NCBI RefSeq assembly: GCF_006345805.1
Contig: NC_043011.1
Location: 32,066,464 to 32,130,463 of the forward strand
Length of the DNA stretch: 64,000 nucleotides
Direction: 5' to 3'
From: Octopus sinensis
Lineage: Eukaryota
Of this stretch, positions 1 to 12,974 are shown piece after piece. Below the pieces are notes generated by a model. The model ran no database searches, was not told where the DNA came from, and saw nothing but the letters and a program-made list of their open reading frames with translations. Every line of letters starts with the position of its first letter. Within the stretch, counting starts at the first letter, position 1. Both the position numbers and the translations under genes were made by a program.

Positions 1-4
1 TAAT

Positions 5-210
5 ATTTTCTACTAAAGGCTCAAGGCCTGAAATTTGTGGGGAGGGGACTAGTCGATTACAATCGATATCAGTGCGTAACTGGTACTTAGTTCATTGGCC
101 CCGAAAGGATGAAAGGCGAAGTCGACCTCAGCAGAATTTGAACTCAGAACGTAGCAACTAGTGAAATACTGCTGAGCATTTCGTCTAGAGTGTTAACGGT
201 TCTGCCATAA
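5..210 (-). mobile_element. tRNA-derived SINE, family A (representative copy; others at about 2665-2840, 7110-7330, 12190-12900, 16520-16735, 19370-19600, 29965-30160, 48890-49090, 59270-59840, 60375-60635)
   Basis: Shared body GTTCAAATTCCGCCGAGGTCGACTTTGCCTTTCATCCTTTCGGGGTCGATAAAATAAGTACCAGT recurs throughout the window, with an A/B-box-like head. Confidence 0.85.
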
Positions 211-825
211 TAATAATGAATTTATTGTATACAGTACCCAGGTGCACTACTACTCACAAGAAAAAATGTAACCAAAACTACGTGCACAGTACATAGGATA
301 TGCACAGGAAGTTAATGTCTTTAAAATACATGCGAGAGAGCATCGGGTGTACTACTATCAGCAAAATTCAGGAAGCAAGAAAGTCTCGAAGGATGTAGCG
401 CTTTGTTCAGGAACACAGTGCATCACTTGGTCCAGGAATCGAAACTACAATCTTGTGATCGCGAATGCAACACCATAACCACTAAACCACGCGCTTTTAC
501 TTCTGTGATTGATACCAGAGAAATAATTTTTCAGTGAGTACAAGACAAACACTATTTCATTTGTTAATGAGGTGAGGAAACCAAATATCATAAGTGAAAT
601 AAACGATGCAGAGTAAAGAGAATCTGCCATTAGGATAAGAGCAGAAGATTTAAATTAGTTCGTGAAGAATGACTTCAAATTTGATGAATTTACGTTAGGA
701 CTTTGTATCGGACACGCAAGAACTGAGAACAATGTCATACACAAGGGAGACAACTGCCATGGCTTGCACGTCTCGTATCTGAGACCTCCGTCTGTCATTA
801 ATGACCATGTTTACGGTCTTGGCTG

Positions 826-1790
826 GGCGGAGGTAAAGACAATGGACCACACCCGCTTTGGGATTGTTTTTATTTTCTTTTTTACAGGAACCCACTATAT
901 CGAGTGCTGAGATTCTGAATCTGCAAAAAAGTCTGCATTTCAAAATTTAATTCCTTCTCCCCTCCTAAATATCTTAAATTTTCACTTTTTTTTAGAAAAA
1001 TACGGATTTTGAAAAGAAAATTTTGTAAAATTTCAATTTTTCAAAAAATAAATAAACACCCCCTCCCTCCCCCGCCCTATGACAAGAAGTGAAATTATAG
1101 TGTTTTCTTTACTAATGTTTCATGACGAACATAACCCAACATGTTGTGGTCAGGGTCTTTTGAAATTAAGAGAGATATGTAAAAATTAAATTTTTTGCAC
1201 ACACACACACAAAATGAAATTAATTTTTTTTTTCTGTTTTGGTAATTCGTATTTAGAAATTTGATCCTCGGTTTGGCTGTTGTTTCTAGCTTGTCAGATT
1301 TCCGGTTGGGGCAGATTTAAATTTTGAAATCTTTTCTTTGGTAATTCGTATTAAAATTTTGAAAATGTGTTTACTAGCATGTCAGGTTTTCTGTTTAGAT
1401 ACTTTTTGCGTCTGCTATTTTATAATTCTATGCATGCGTGAAACATTAGTAGAAAAAAAACACTTTAATTTCAGTTCTAGTCATAGGACGGAGGGGAGGG
1501 GTGTTTATTTATTTATTAAAAAAAATTGGGGGGGGGGAATTGAAATTTTACTGAATCTTTTTTTTTTCAGAATCATAATCTCCGTATTTTTCTGCATATT
1601 TTGCCAAAAAAAAAAAAAAAAATTTTAAGTGAAAATTTAAGAAATTTGGGTAGTGGGAAATTAAAATTTTTAAATGCAGATTTTTTTTTTGCAGATTCGG
1701 AATCTCCGTACTCGATATAGTGGGTTTCTGTGGAAAAAAAAAAAAAAAAAATTCCCAAAGGGAGTGTGGTCCATTGTCTTTACCTCCGCC
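826..1790. mobile_element. Non-autonomous foldback DNA transposon, Merlin-like termini
   Basis: Imperfect TIRs of about 300 bp beginning GGCGGAGGTAAAGACAATGGACCACAC. Flanked by a near-perfect 8-bp TSD, cttggctg (818-825) and tttggctg (1791-1798). Confidence 0.75.
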
Positions 1791-4700
1791 TTTGGCTGTC
1801 CATCCTACTACAACAGCATTGTCCATGGCTGAACAGTCCGATATATGAAAGGCAATCTCTGTCACACAAACCACGCACTTGTGGGGTGTCCTGTTGTTCG
1901 AGTTGTAGCAATGACTTATAAATGGTAACTGTTACACCCCATGTTGTGTTGATGCTGTAGATGACGTTGGATAGTCCTCTCCTGTGTGTTGTCCAGTTCT
2001 ATCTCTCCAGTTTAGTGTATTTGATAGGATCCAAGCCTGGGTAGGATAGTAGGTCTCATAATATACAATAAACTCATTTGATTACTACTGACGATTAAAT
2101 ATTCCACAAGCAAAGAAACTTGTACGTGGTCACTCGATGTGCTAGAAATAACAGCCAATTCTCCTTTGAATCATACCCTATCGTTTTGAAAAGAGGACAC
2201 TAGAAGGTGTAGTCTTAGATATGCAAAATACATAGTAGACATGGCTGGAACGGCTTTAGTCACAGATTTGCTTAATCACAACTGAAGTCTAAACCACAAC
2301 AAATCTTTCTTAAAGGATTCAAGAGAAAAATTACACTGGAATGATTCCCCGTTACCCCTTGGCCCCATAAAAGGATATAAATTCCATACTGTAAGCCAGT
2401 GAAACATTCGTCAATTTTACAGTGCTGTTACTTGCCTACAGCAATAGACTGCCATCAAGCTGCAGCAGATATGTAGCCCCATAACATCTATAGTAATCAT
2501 TGAGAATACTTTAAATTTTACACTCTTATGGAAAGAAGATAACAGAATCGAAAGCATAGATGAGCCCTAAGGATTCCTTAAATAAAGCAAGACACTTCAT
2601 TTCATGTTGCTCCAGTCCACTCAGTCGGCAAAACGAGTAGTACTGGTATTTCAAAAGGTCAGTCTTATTTCTTTACTGTCCACAAGGGGCTACACACAGA
2701 GAGGACAAACAATGGATTAAGTCGATTATATCGACCCCAGTGCGTAACTGGTACTTATTTAATCAACCCCGAAAGGATGAAAGGCAAAGTCAACCTCAGC
2801 GGAATTTGAACTCAGAAGGTAGCGTGCCAGCTCGCCGCCTTTTCAAAAGGTCGGTCTTGTCATATTCTGAGTCATACTGAGAACTATATTATGGGCATGC
2901 ATGTCTTTGGAGTGCTCAGCCACTTGCACATTAACTTTGAGTAGGCTGTTTGGCTGATTGTATCAACTAGAATATTCAACATAAATGATGGAGAGCCAGG
3001 CTACTATCTTGTCGAATAAGTTGCTAAGATCCTAGTCAAGTCTAACATGATAATCTAATGAAAAAAAATGGTGGCAGTATGCTCTATTCTCAGGAAGGAC
3101 CATACATAGCCTTCTGTTATACTTCTTCCTTCCCTACACATGAAACAAATTAAAATCCTTGCACTTGCTACAGATACTAGGCCACACAAAATCTGACAAT
3201 CTCTTGAGGCAATTTCCAACTTAAGATTTCAAAAACTATGTTCCAAAGATTAAACTTCCCTTTCAAAGAAAATACTAATGTTCTTATAAGTTACTCTCTT
3301 CACCTAGTGTGTATGGCCTTCCAGCTTGCCCCTGCTGAGACCCCACAAAATATACATATTGCACAGTGACTATATTGATTACTGCATTTAATAGTGAGTA
3401 ATGTCTATGTCCCAACATTATAACCACTATTTCAATGCAGCCTATACAGGCTTACAGCCCACAGCAGGCCCCCATAAAAGTGCTGCCTAAGGCAGACCAA
3501 TTCCTCTAGCTATGCTAGTGTCATCAAAAACCCACTTGACCTTTTAGCATTTAAACTGGTCATATCAGAACCAAAGATTCTATCTGCTTTATATTTAAAC
3601 TGGCCAGATCCAGCCTTTCACACCTACCCTACAATGTCATGCTAAAAATAAACAATCACATCAAAATCTCAAAGCTATGAATAATGCATGATTAATTCAA
3701 AACAATGTGAATAAATAAGCGTTACATTTAATCGTATTCTAAACGTTAAAGAGTTAAAATGTTATTGCGTGTACAGGATCAAGGGGTTGGAGTGAACTTA
3801 ATCTGGTTTTTGAAGTACAGGTGGCATACAAGCAATTGAAAGTTGAATACCACAAGCTTCAGAATGAGGCAATTAGGCGCAGCTATTTGGACTTGGCATG
3901 GCTTATTGTTTCGGCAACAGTACTTTTTGTCACTGGAGACAAATACACATGCATGTAGAAATATACGCATATAGATTGAAAGAGAGAGAGATAAATATTA
4001 CAGTTTATTAACTGAACACAGTTTACATAAACACTTTCCCCTCTTCTCATACACATAAAGAGAGATATACTCAGATATATAAAAAGAGCATGTGAGAGAG
4101 GGAGAGAGAGAGAGAGAGAGTGGAGAGGAAGAGAATGAGAGAAACTTTAATGTATCTGATGTCAAATAAGTTAGCATTAAATCAGTGATGCCAAATGGGT
4201 GGTGCCAAAACGCCTCACTCTACAAGGTTATCCTGCAGTTGCTGCAGCTGGTACTCATTTTCAGCTTAGTAGATTGAAGCTATGTTAAATAAAGTGCCTT
4301 GCTCAAGGACTCAATGCAATGTAGGGTTTCGAAAGCATGACCTGGTGATCATGAGCCAAACACTCTCATCGCTAAGCCATGTGCTTTCATTTCACATCAT
4401 CATCATCATCGTTTAACGTCTGTTCTCCATGCTAGCATGGGTTGGACAGTTCGACCGGGGATCTGGGAAGCCAGAAGGCTGCACCAGGCTCCAGTCTTAT
4501 CTGGCAATGTTTCTACAGCTGGATGCCCTTCCTAACGCCATAAAAGTAAATATTGCTCACGTATCAGAGAGTGCTGTTGATATACACATGCATACACACA
4601 CACAAAAAGCATCCTAGATCACATAAAAAAAACCCCCACCACTAACTGGTACGGATTCACTCACCAAACAACTTACTGTGTCTTCTCTCTGCCTCTAACT

Positions 4701-5879
4701 TACTCAATGCATCTAGCCCTCTGTTTTTCATCATTTCTGTGTCCTCTCTCCAAAACTGCAACCACCAACATTCTGTCTCTACCAATATTTTTTTCTCTCT
4801 AGGCATCAACTTCCAGAAATTCAAGCTGAAAATCAAATTACTCTGACCTCCAGTCTATAACCTGCAAAGGTCATGGGCACTAAGCCCTATTCGAATGGCT
4901 AAATATTGATTTAAATCTTGGGCTAGTGTCTACAATAGCTCCAGGCCAACTAAAGCTCCGTCTTTGCGAGAGGATTTAGTAGATAGAAACTGAAAGAAGC
5001 CCATCATATATATATATACACACATTCATTCATTGGGTTTCTTGCATACATACATATATATATATATGAGTGTATGTGACATATATATATATATATATCA
5101 TCATCATCATCATCGTTTAATGTCCGTTCTCCATGCTAGCATGGGTTGGACGGTTCGACCAGGGATCTGGGAAGCCAGAAGGCTGCACCAGGCTCCAGTC
5201 TTATCTGGCAATGTTTCTACAGCTGGATGCCCTTCCTAACGCCAACCACTCCGTGAGTGTAGTGGGTGCTTTTTACGTGCCATACACACATTCATTCATT
5301 CAATGGGCTTCTTGCATATATATGTGTGTTTTTGTCTTGACATTGAGTGCGAGTTGTAAATGTGTGTCATTATCCTGCAAGCAGTGTCCATTTCCAACCT
5401 TCCATGAAAACATGCCTTGGTGACGGAGAAATACCTTACTTGGGAACGGATATACGGCTTGACAGGAACTGGTAAGACCAGGGGGGTCACACCAGGTTCC
5501 ACAGTCTGTTTTGACTTGGTTTCAACAGCTGCATGCCCTTCTTAATACCAGATACTTATTTTATCCACCCCAAAAGGATGAACGGCAAAGTCAACATCAG
5601 CGGGATTTGAACTCAGAATGCAAAGATGGATGAAATGCTGCTGAGCATTTTGCCCGGCATGCTAATGATTCTGCCATCTCACTGCCCTAACCCATTAGCC
5701 TTTATATATTCAGGCCATATCAGGCCCAATTATTCTACCTTGCTTTATGTTTAGACTGGCCAGATTCAGCCTCTCACACTTACCCTACAATGTCATTCTA
5801 AAAATAAACAATCACTTCATCAAAATCTTGAAGCTACATGTTCCTGCATGACTAATTCAAAACAATAAGCATCACACTT

Positions 5880-6846
5880 ATTTCTTTACTACCCACAAGG
5901 GGCTACACACAGAGGGGACAAACAAGGACAGACAAACGGATTAAGTCGATTATACTGACCCCAGTGCATAACTGGTACTTTATCGACCCTGAAAGGATGA
6001 AAGGCAAAGTCGATCTCCGTGGAATTTGGACTCAGAACGTAGCGGCAGACGAAATACCTATTTCTTTACTACCCACAAGGGGTTAAACACAGAGGGGACA
6101 AACAAGGACAGACAAACGGATTACGTCGATTATATTGACCCCAGTGCGTAACTGGTACTTATTTAATCAACCCCGAAAGGATGAAAGGCAAAGTCGACCT
6201 CGGCGGAATTTGGACTCAGGATGTAGCGGCAGACGAAATACCTATTTCTTTACTACCCACAAGGGGTTAAACACAGAGGGAACAAACAAGGACAGACAAA
6301 CGGATTAAGTCGATTATACTGACCCCAGTGCGTAACTGGTACTTATTTAATCAACCCTGAAAGGATGAAAGGCAAAGTCGACCTTGGCGGAATTTGGACT
6401 CAGGATGTAGCGGCAGATGAAATACCTATTTCTTTACTACCCACAAGGGATTAAACACAGAGGGAACAAACAAGGACAGACAAACGGATTAAGTCGATTA
6501 TACTGACCTCAGTGCGTAACTGGTACTTATTTAATCAACCCCGAAAGGATGAAAGGCAAAGTCGACCTCGACGGAATTTGGACTCAGGACATAGCGGCAG
6601 ACGAAATACCTATTTCTTTACTACCCACAAGGGGTTAAACACAGAGGGAACAAACAAGGACAGACAAACGGATTAAGTCGATTATACTGACCCCAGTGCG
6701 TAACTGGTACTTATTTAATCAACCCTGAAAGGATGAAAAGCAAAGTCGACCTTGGCGGAGTTTGAACTCAGAACATAAAGACAGACGAAATACCGCTAAG
6801 CATTTCACCCGGCGTGCTAACATTTCTGCCAGCTCGCTGGCCTTCA
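5880..6846 (-). repeat. Head-to-tail tandem array of five family-A SINE bodies (units 180-184 bp) with a single head
   Basis: Units start at 5881, 6061, 6245, 6429 and 6613. Only the last unit continues into the tRNA-like head (to about 6845). Confidence 0.95.
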
Positions 6847-7363
6847 ATTACACTTGACAGAGTAATCTAATTACTGAAGGGTTAAACAGCAGATTAGTAA
6901 TTCTTTCTACTCAAGGCACAAGGCCTGAAATTTGATGGGAGGAGACTAGTCAATTACATCGACCCCCCAGCGTTTCACTGGTACTTAATTTATTGACCCC
7001 AAAAAGATGAAAAGCAAAGTCAACCACAGTACTTATTCTATCGGTCTCTTTTGCCAACCCGCTAAGTATATATATACATATATACATACATACATACATA
7101 TATATATATATATGTTCTTTTCTCCTCTAGGCACAAGGCCCGAAATTTTGGGGAAGGGGACCAGTTGATTAGATCAACCCCAGTATACAACTGGTACTTA
7201 ATTTATTGACCCCCTGAAAGGAAGAAAAGCAAATTGACCTCGGCAGAATTTGAACTCAGAATGTAAAGACGGACGAAATGCTGCTAAGCATTTCGCCCGG
7301 CATACTAACAATTGTGCCAGCTCAGCACCTTACAACAGATTAATAACGACAGTTATTTTACTA

Positions 7364-7750
7364 TAGGAGTGGCTGTGTGGTAAGTAGCTTGCTAACCAGC
7401 CACATGGTTCCGGGTTCAATCCCACTGCGTGGCATCTTGGGCAAGTGTCTTCTGCTATAGCCCCGGGCCGACCAATGCCTTGTGAGTGGATTTGGTAGAC
7501 GGAAACTGAAAGAAGCCTGTCGTATATATATATATGTATGTGTGTCTGTGTTTGTCCCCCTAGCATTGCTTGACAAGCGATGCTGGTGTGTTTATGTCCC
7601 TGTCACTTAGCGGTTCGGCAAAAGAGACCGATAGAATAAGTACTGGGCTTACAAAGAATAAGTCCCGGGGTCGAGTTGCTCGACTAAAGGTGGTGCTCCA
7701 GCATGGCCGCAGTCAAATGACTGAAACAAGTAAAAGAGTAAAAAGAGAGT
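7364..7750 (+). mobile_element. tRNA-derived SINE, family B (about 400 bp; other copies at about 20707-21090 +, 42612-43012 -, 51797-52150 +, 55412-55830 -, plus many fragments)
   Basis: Head GGAGTGGCTGTGTGGTAAG...GGTTCAATCCC, an internal (TA/TG) microsatellite, and a GTAAAAGA-repeat tail. Confidence 0.85.
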
Positions 7751-7779
7751 ATTTAAAAAAAAAAAAAACTAATTAAAAA

Positions 7780-8086
7780 TAATCAAAATAAAGACAATAT
7801 ATTTCAACAGAAATACAGTAACAAAAAAAAAAGATTAATCAGTAATTACAAAAGAACGTTTTTCATTTAGTTATATTATATTCTTTAGAACACGTGTCAG
7901 TTTCATTCACAGGTCATCTGAAACTATGCAGAAAGAAGACAGATTGAAACAATGGGATAAATGCAGTAACTGATATCTGTAAGACAGTAATAGAGCGAGA
8001 AACTAACACTAAACACTCACAATATTTATTTCACCTTTCTAATATATACATGACAGTGATTAAAATGATTGCAATCAGTCATGAAG

Positions 8087-8118
<32 letters not shown>

Positions 8119-10584
8119 CATTTATGATGGCCAGAACATGGGATCAACAGCGCAAGGATGATAATGGGGGTTTCCCAAAATAATGGATAGCAAAAAAAGA
8201 AAGGAAAAGAAAACAAAACAAAAACAACAACAAAGAAAAACAAAAAAAAAACACAAACAAACAAACAAACATGTAACAAAAAAAACCTCCTTTAACAAAT
8301 ACATCAGATACGAACAAATGTTGCAATTAATTAAAATAAAATTTTAATAAACATTGTATGTATCAAACAGCAGAGATGCTTAAAAACATCTGGTTTGATT
8401 TTTCGCTCTTCACCGATAAATCAAATTATTGAATTTAGATGGATGCAAGAAGAAGAAGAAGAAGAAGAAAAAAAAAAAAAAGAAATAACATTTTTCGTTA
8501 ACAGTCAATTGAAATATTGAACAACATTAGTTTCTCATAGTTATTTATGATTGCTTCATTCAAATGTAGCTGCAATTAACTCCTCTTTCTTTCTCTCTTA
8601 CTCGCTCACACACTCTCCCTCTCTCTCTCAATTTGTGTCTTTTTTTTTCTCACACTCTCCTCATTCCAAATAAGTTGCAAAACATTGAGAAATAGAGCAA
8701 CAATAGATTGTCTGGGAACCCGAGCAATTAACAGTTGACTAGTTTTTTCAGTAAAAGTTGAACAAGTCAAGTCACAGTTAAAACACCAGAAAAATGTAGC
8801 AAAAATTGAGAAAAAAAAAAAGAAAGAAAAATAAATAAACAAACAAACAAATAAATAAGTTACAACTTGAAGGGAAAAAAATTGATTCCACATAGTGAAA
8901 TAATTACCCTTATTAATTAGAGATATGTTGTAAAATGATGTCCAACAAAAAAAAAAAAAAAAAAAAAAAGATTTGATCTCATCGTCATTAGTAAACATTC
9001 TGCTAATCTTTCAAAGTTCGTTAGTTTTAGATTCACTGAAAATCTACAATTTGAATAAGGAGATTTTTTTTTTCTTTTTTGAAACATACAACATTAACAT
9101 TAATCTGATGTATTTTATAATTAATGCATTCAGTTCTAATATACTGACAATATACAGATATTAACCTCATTAACAGTAAAAATAGGTAAAAGTTAACTAA
9201 ACAACAACTATTACTACAAAGTTTTGGAGAGCCTGGCCTCAAGTGTCAAGAACTAGCCATAACACTTACTGGCTTTTTAAACATCTGGATGTTGGTAATT
9301 GGGGAAGATTAGGGACACTGAAGATGGAACAGTGGTCGATGAGTGATTGTGGCAGTCTCTTTCACTAAACAAGACAATATAAATAAATTGGATCTTAGAG
9401 AAGTAGATTCTGAGAGCAGACTGCACCAGAAAGAGGCTCCCTCTGAAAATCTATCTTGTTTGTTATCTTGGAAGATTATTTAAATTTCAGTCAGACAAAA
9501 ATCTGTCCTATTGCGAAAAAATACAGATGTGGAAAATGGACTGGAAAGTGATAAAACCGTGACGGAATGGTGGCATAGAAGAACTGATTCTCTGGGTTTC
9601 GCTTGTATTCATGCTCTTTTCAAAAGGAATAAAGATAAGTCATATATTTTTTTTAAAAAAAAGGAAAAAAATAAAAGGAAAACTGAAACGAGCAAAATCT
9701 GTTCACCTTCAGATTTGCTCACTTTGTACCGAAAGAAAATGAGAAAGAAAAAAACTCAGTATTAAGTAAATACTAAACTTTTCAGTAGACTGACTTGTTC
9801 TAATTGTAGTAAAGATTATCAACAATATATTCTGATTTAAATTCAAATAAATCTGAAACCTAACAGAACAGAGAGAGAAAAGAAAAAAAAACAGTAAAGA
9901 AAGAAGGAAAATATGTTGTACAACTCAGCTACTTTGTAATCACTGAAAAACAAACTGATTGAGTTCAAGATTAAATCAAAAAGTAAGTGATAACAAAAAA
10001 AGGTGTCTACTTCAAAAGTTCAGTGAATATCATTGATAAAAACTGGTCATGTGTTTATAAAGTTTTAAACAAAAGAGTGAGTGTATGGGAGTATATGTGT
10101 GTGTGTGTGTATGTGATTGTCTGTGTGTGTGTGAGTGAAAACATGGAAGTATCTAATGTAAAATATAACCAATGGAAAAATAAATTTATTTTTAAAGGAA
10201 AAAAAATAAAGAAACAAAAACAATAAATTCATAAATTATATAGATAGTTAAGGTTTTAATTTATTTTTTAAAATAATTTGTCTAGATAAAAAAAAAAAAA
10301 TGGTAATTGAATAATAATCTGAATGAAATTAATAATTGAGTTCACAAACATATACATATAAAAACGCATGGATATTCAACGAGGTTTACACGACCTGTTG
10401 AACTTTTCCCTAACTGTAAATAATGTCAGATAGAAGCAGCGGCAATATGTACCTGTGCCAATATTCATTTGGATCGTTACAATATTGATTGCACTCTATC
10501 AACATCTCATTCCCTTTTCCAATCTGTTAGTGAGTTTGTTTTGTTTTGTTTGATTTTTTTTTTTGTTTTTTTGTTTCTCATTCA
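7780..10584 (-). other. Probable long 3'UTR region of the AP-1 mu1 gene
   Basis: About 2.8 kb directly after the stop with no recognisable SINE or MITE, T-rich on the minus strand. Minus-strand AATAAA occurs at 10265-10260, 10190-10185 and 8030-8025. The true end is unknown. Confidence 0.5.
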
Positions 10585-10683
10585 TTAATTGGTACGTAAT
10601 TGGTAGTCTCCGTTTTGGGTGATATAACGCACCCATGGTAGAGCTTGGTAACCACTCTTCTCGATGATTTTCAAGTAGCGTAC
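10585..10683 (-). CDS. AP1M1: AP-1 mu1 coding exon 10 (VRYLKIIEKSGYQALPWVRYITQNGDYQLRTN*)
   Basis: 99 nt, tag|GTA acceptor and TAA stop at 10587-10585. Contains the LPWVRYIT C-terminal signature. Confidence 0.97.
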   Translation of the reverse strand, partial: VRYLKIIEKSGYQALPWVRYITQNGDYQLRTN

Positions 10684-10974
10684 CTAGAAGTGGGAAAAGA
10701 GAGAAAACGTTACATGGAAATCAGAAATCAAACTTATAACCTTATGATCATGAGCCGAATACCCTAGCAATTTAGCCCCGTGCTTTCACCCAGTTATAAG
10801 GATAGTGCCTAAAATGTCCACCAGTCACACATCCACCATCCACCTGCATATTCAATTATGTTACAAGCTGTCAACCCTTTGTACATTGTCCTCAATACTC
10901 ACAAAGCATTTATTTTCCCCAAATAAAATTTTAGAAAAATAAATATCAAATGGAAATTGTAGTTAAGATACCCG

Positions 10975-11273
10975 TGCCAGTGGCACATAAAAACACCATC
11001 CGAACGTGGCTGATGCCAGCGCCGCCTGACTGGCGTCCATGTTGGTGACACCAACTGATCGTGGCCGTTTGCCAGCCTCCTCTGGCCTGTGCCAGTGGCA
11101 CGTAAAAAGCATCCACTACACTTACAGAGTGGTTGGCGTTAGAAAGGGCATCCAGCTGTAGAAACTCTGCCAGATCAGACTGGAGCCTGGCGCAGCCTCC
11201 TGGCTTCCCAGACCCCGGTCGAACCGTCCAACTCATGCTAGCATGGAAAACGGACGTTAAACGATGATGATGA
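10975..11273 (+). mobile_element. RTE-LINE 3' end / LINE-tail element, family C (other copies at about 4398-4540, 5097-5283, 28200-28385, 31845-32095, 40490-40935, 54745-55070, 58455-58550)
   Basis: Ends GCATGGAAAACGGACGTTAAACGATGATGATG. Same 3' terminus as the RT-encoding LINE at 62433-63908. Confidence 0.85.
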
Positions 11274-12974
11274 TATTCATTGTGCTACAACTGAAAAGTT
11301 ACCATTTTCTAGTAGATGAATTATTTGCAGTAGTTTAACCCTAGGTCATAACCATCTCAGCCATAACAATCATTTTTTTTCTTTTCAGAGGAGTGTATAT
11401 GGGACTATGTGATCCAATGAGAACTTTGCTGTCCCAAGGCAGTAGAGTTTGATTTGAAGGAATTTCAACTGCTTTTCTGAGCAAGAAAAGTGACCATAAA
11501 TATAGTAAACTATAGAAGCTATAAAATATCTTTGATGAATTGTTCATGATAAACAACTTTCCTAGAACCATTCAAATAATTCATTATGGTTTGGTACTTC
11601 CTTTTCAGTATAGACACATATTTTGCAACAGTTTTGCACATAAAAAATTTTCATGCCTATAAAAAAAATCAAATGATAAAATGCAAGAAATTGAATGATT
11701 ATTTTCATAATGTAGATATTTGTTGAAAGACATACTTATCTTCCAATTATATTCACAACTAAGTTCATAAATAACAAATTCTATCTTGAATGACGCACAA
11801 TGTTTGTGAAGTTAGAAGTATTATTGATCAAACAGTCATAACTTCATATTGTATAAGGTGATATTGTTTTGCCCCAGTACAAAGCCAAACCATTGTGTAC
11901 TTAATCCAGTTTGCTTGACTAAAGGAAAACAAGTTCCACACCTACTTCATGGACGAATGATTAACAATAGGTATCCAGCAATATAAATAACAAGTTTCAA
12001 CAGTAATCATTCCACACATGCAATCATGAAAAAAAATACCATATTGCTTATTTCAATCACTTTTACAATCATGTTCTTTCAATGAATTCGAATCTCATCA
12101 CGAAAAGAATCTTGCATAATATAATGTGAACAGAGTTTTTTAAAAAATACTGAACTTAGAACTTGTATTTTTTAAATATATATATAAATAATAATAATCC
12201 TTTCTACTAAGGGCACAAGGCCTGAGATTTTGGGAGGGTGGGGACTAGTTGATTACATCAGCCCCAGTATTTTACTGGTACTTTATTGGCTCCAAAAAGA
12301 GGAAAGGCAAAGCCAATCTCTGCGAAATTTAAACTCAGAACATAAAGACAGAAGAAATGCCACTTAGCATTTTGCCCCACATGCTAATGATTCTGCAAGT
12401 TTGCTGCCTTTATATAATAATAATAATAATCTTTTCTACTATAAGCACAAGGCCCCAAATTTTTGATGAGAGGACTAGTCAAGTACATCAATCCCAGTGT
12501 TTCACTGGTTCTAAATTTATCGACCAGCTTGGTGCCTTATCAATAATAATAATAATGATGATGATGATGATTTCAAATTTTTGCCACAAGGGCAGCTTGA
12601 GGGGTGGATTTAGTCAATTACATCGACCCCAGTACATAACTGGCACTTATTTAATCGACGCCGAAAGGACGAAAGGCAAAGTCGACCTTGGCAGAATTCG
12701 AACTCAAGCAGACGAAATACCGCTAAGCATTTCGCTTGACATGCTAACAACTCTGCCAACTCAGCACCTTATTAATAATAATAATCCTGTCTACTATAGA
12801 TAGGCACAAGGCCCAAAATTTTGGGGGAGAGGACTAGTCAAGTACATCAACCCCAGTGTTTCACTGGTTCTAAATTTATTGACCAGTTTGGGGCCTTATC
12901 AATAATGATAATAAAGAGTACAGAGACTTGAACATCCACAAAATTTATTTTATAATCTTATACAGCATATTATA

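Noticed and set aside
5880-6846. CRISPR-like or satellite interpretation of the regular array
   Set aside because: Units are whole SINE bodies with no unique spacers, and the DNA is eukaryotic.
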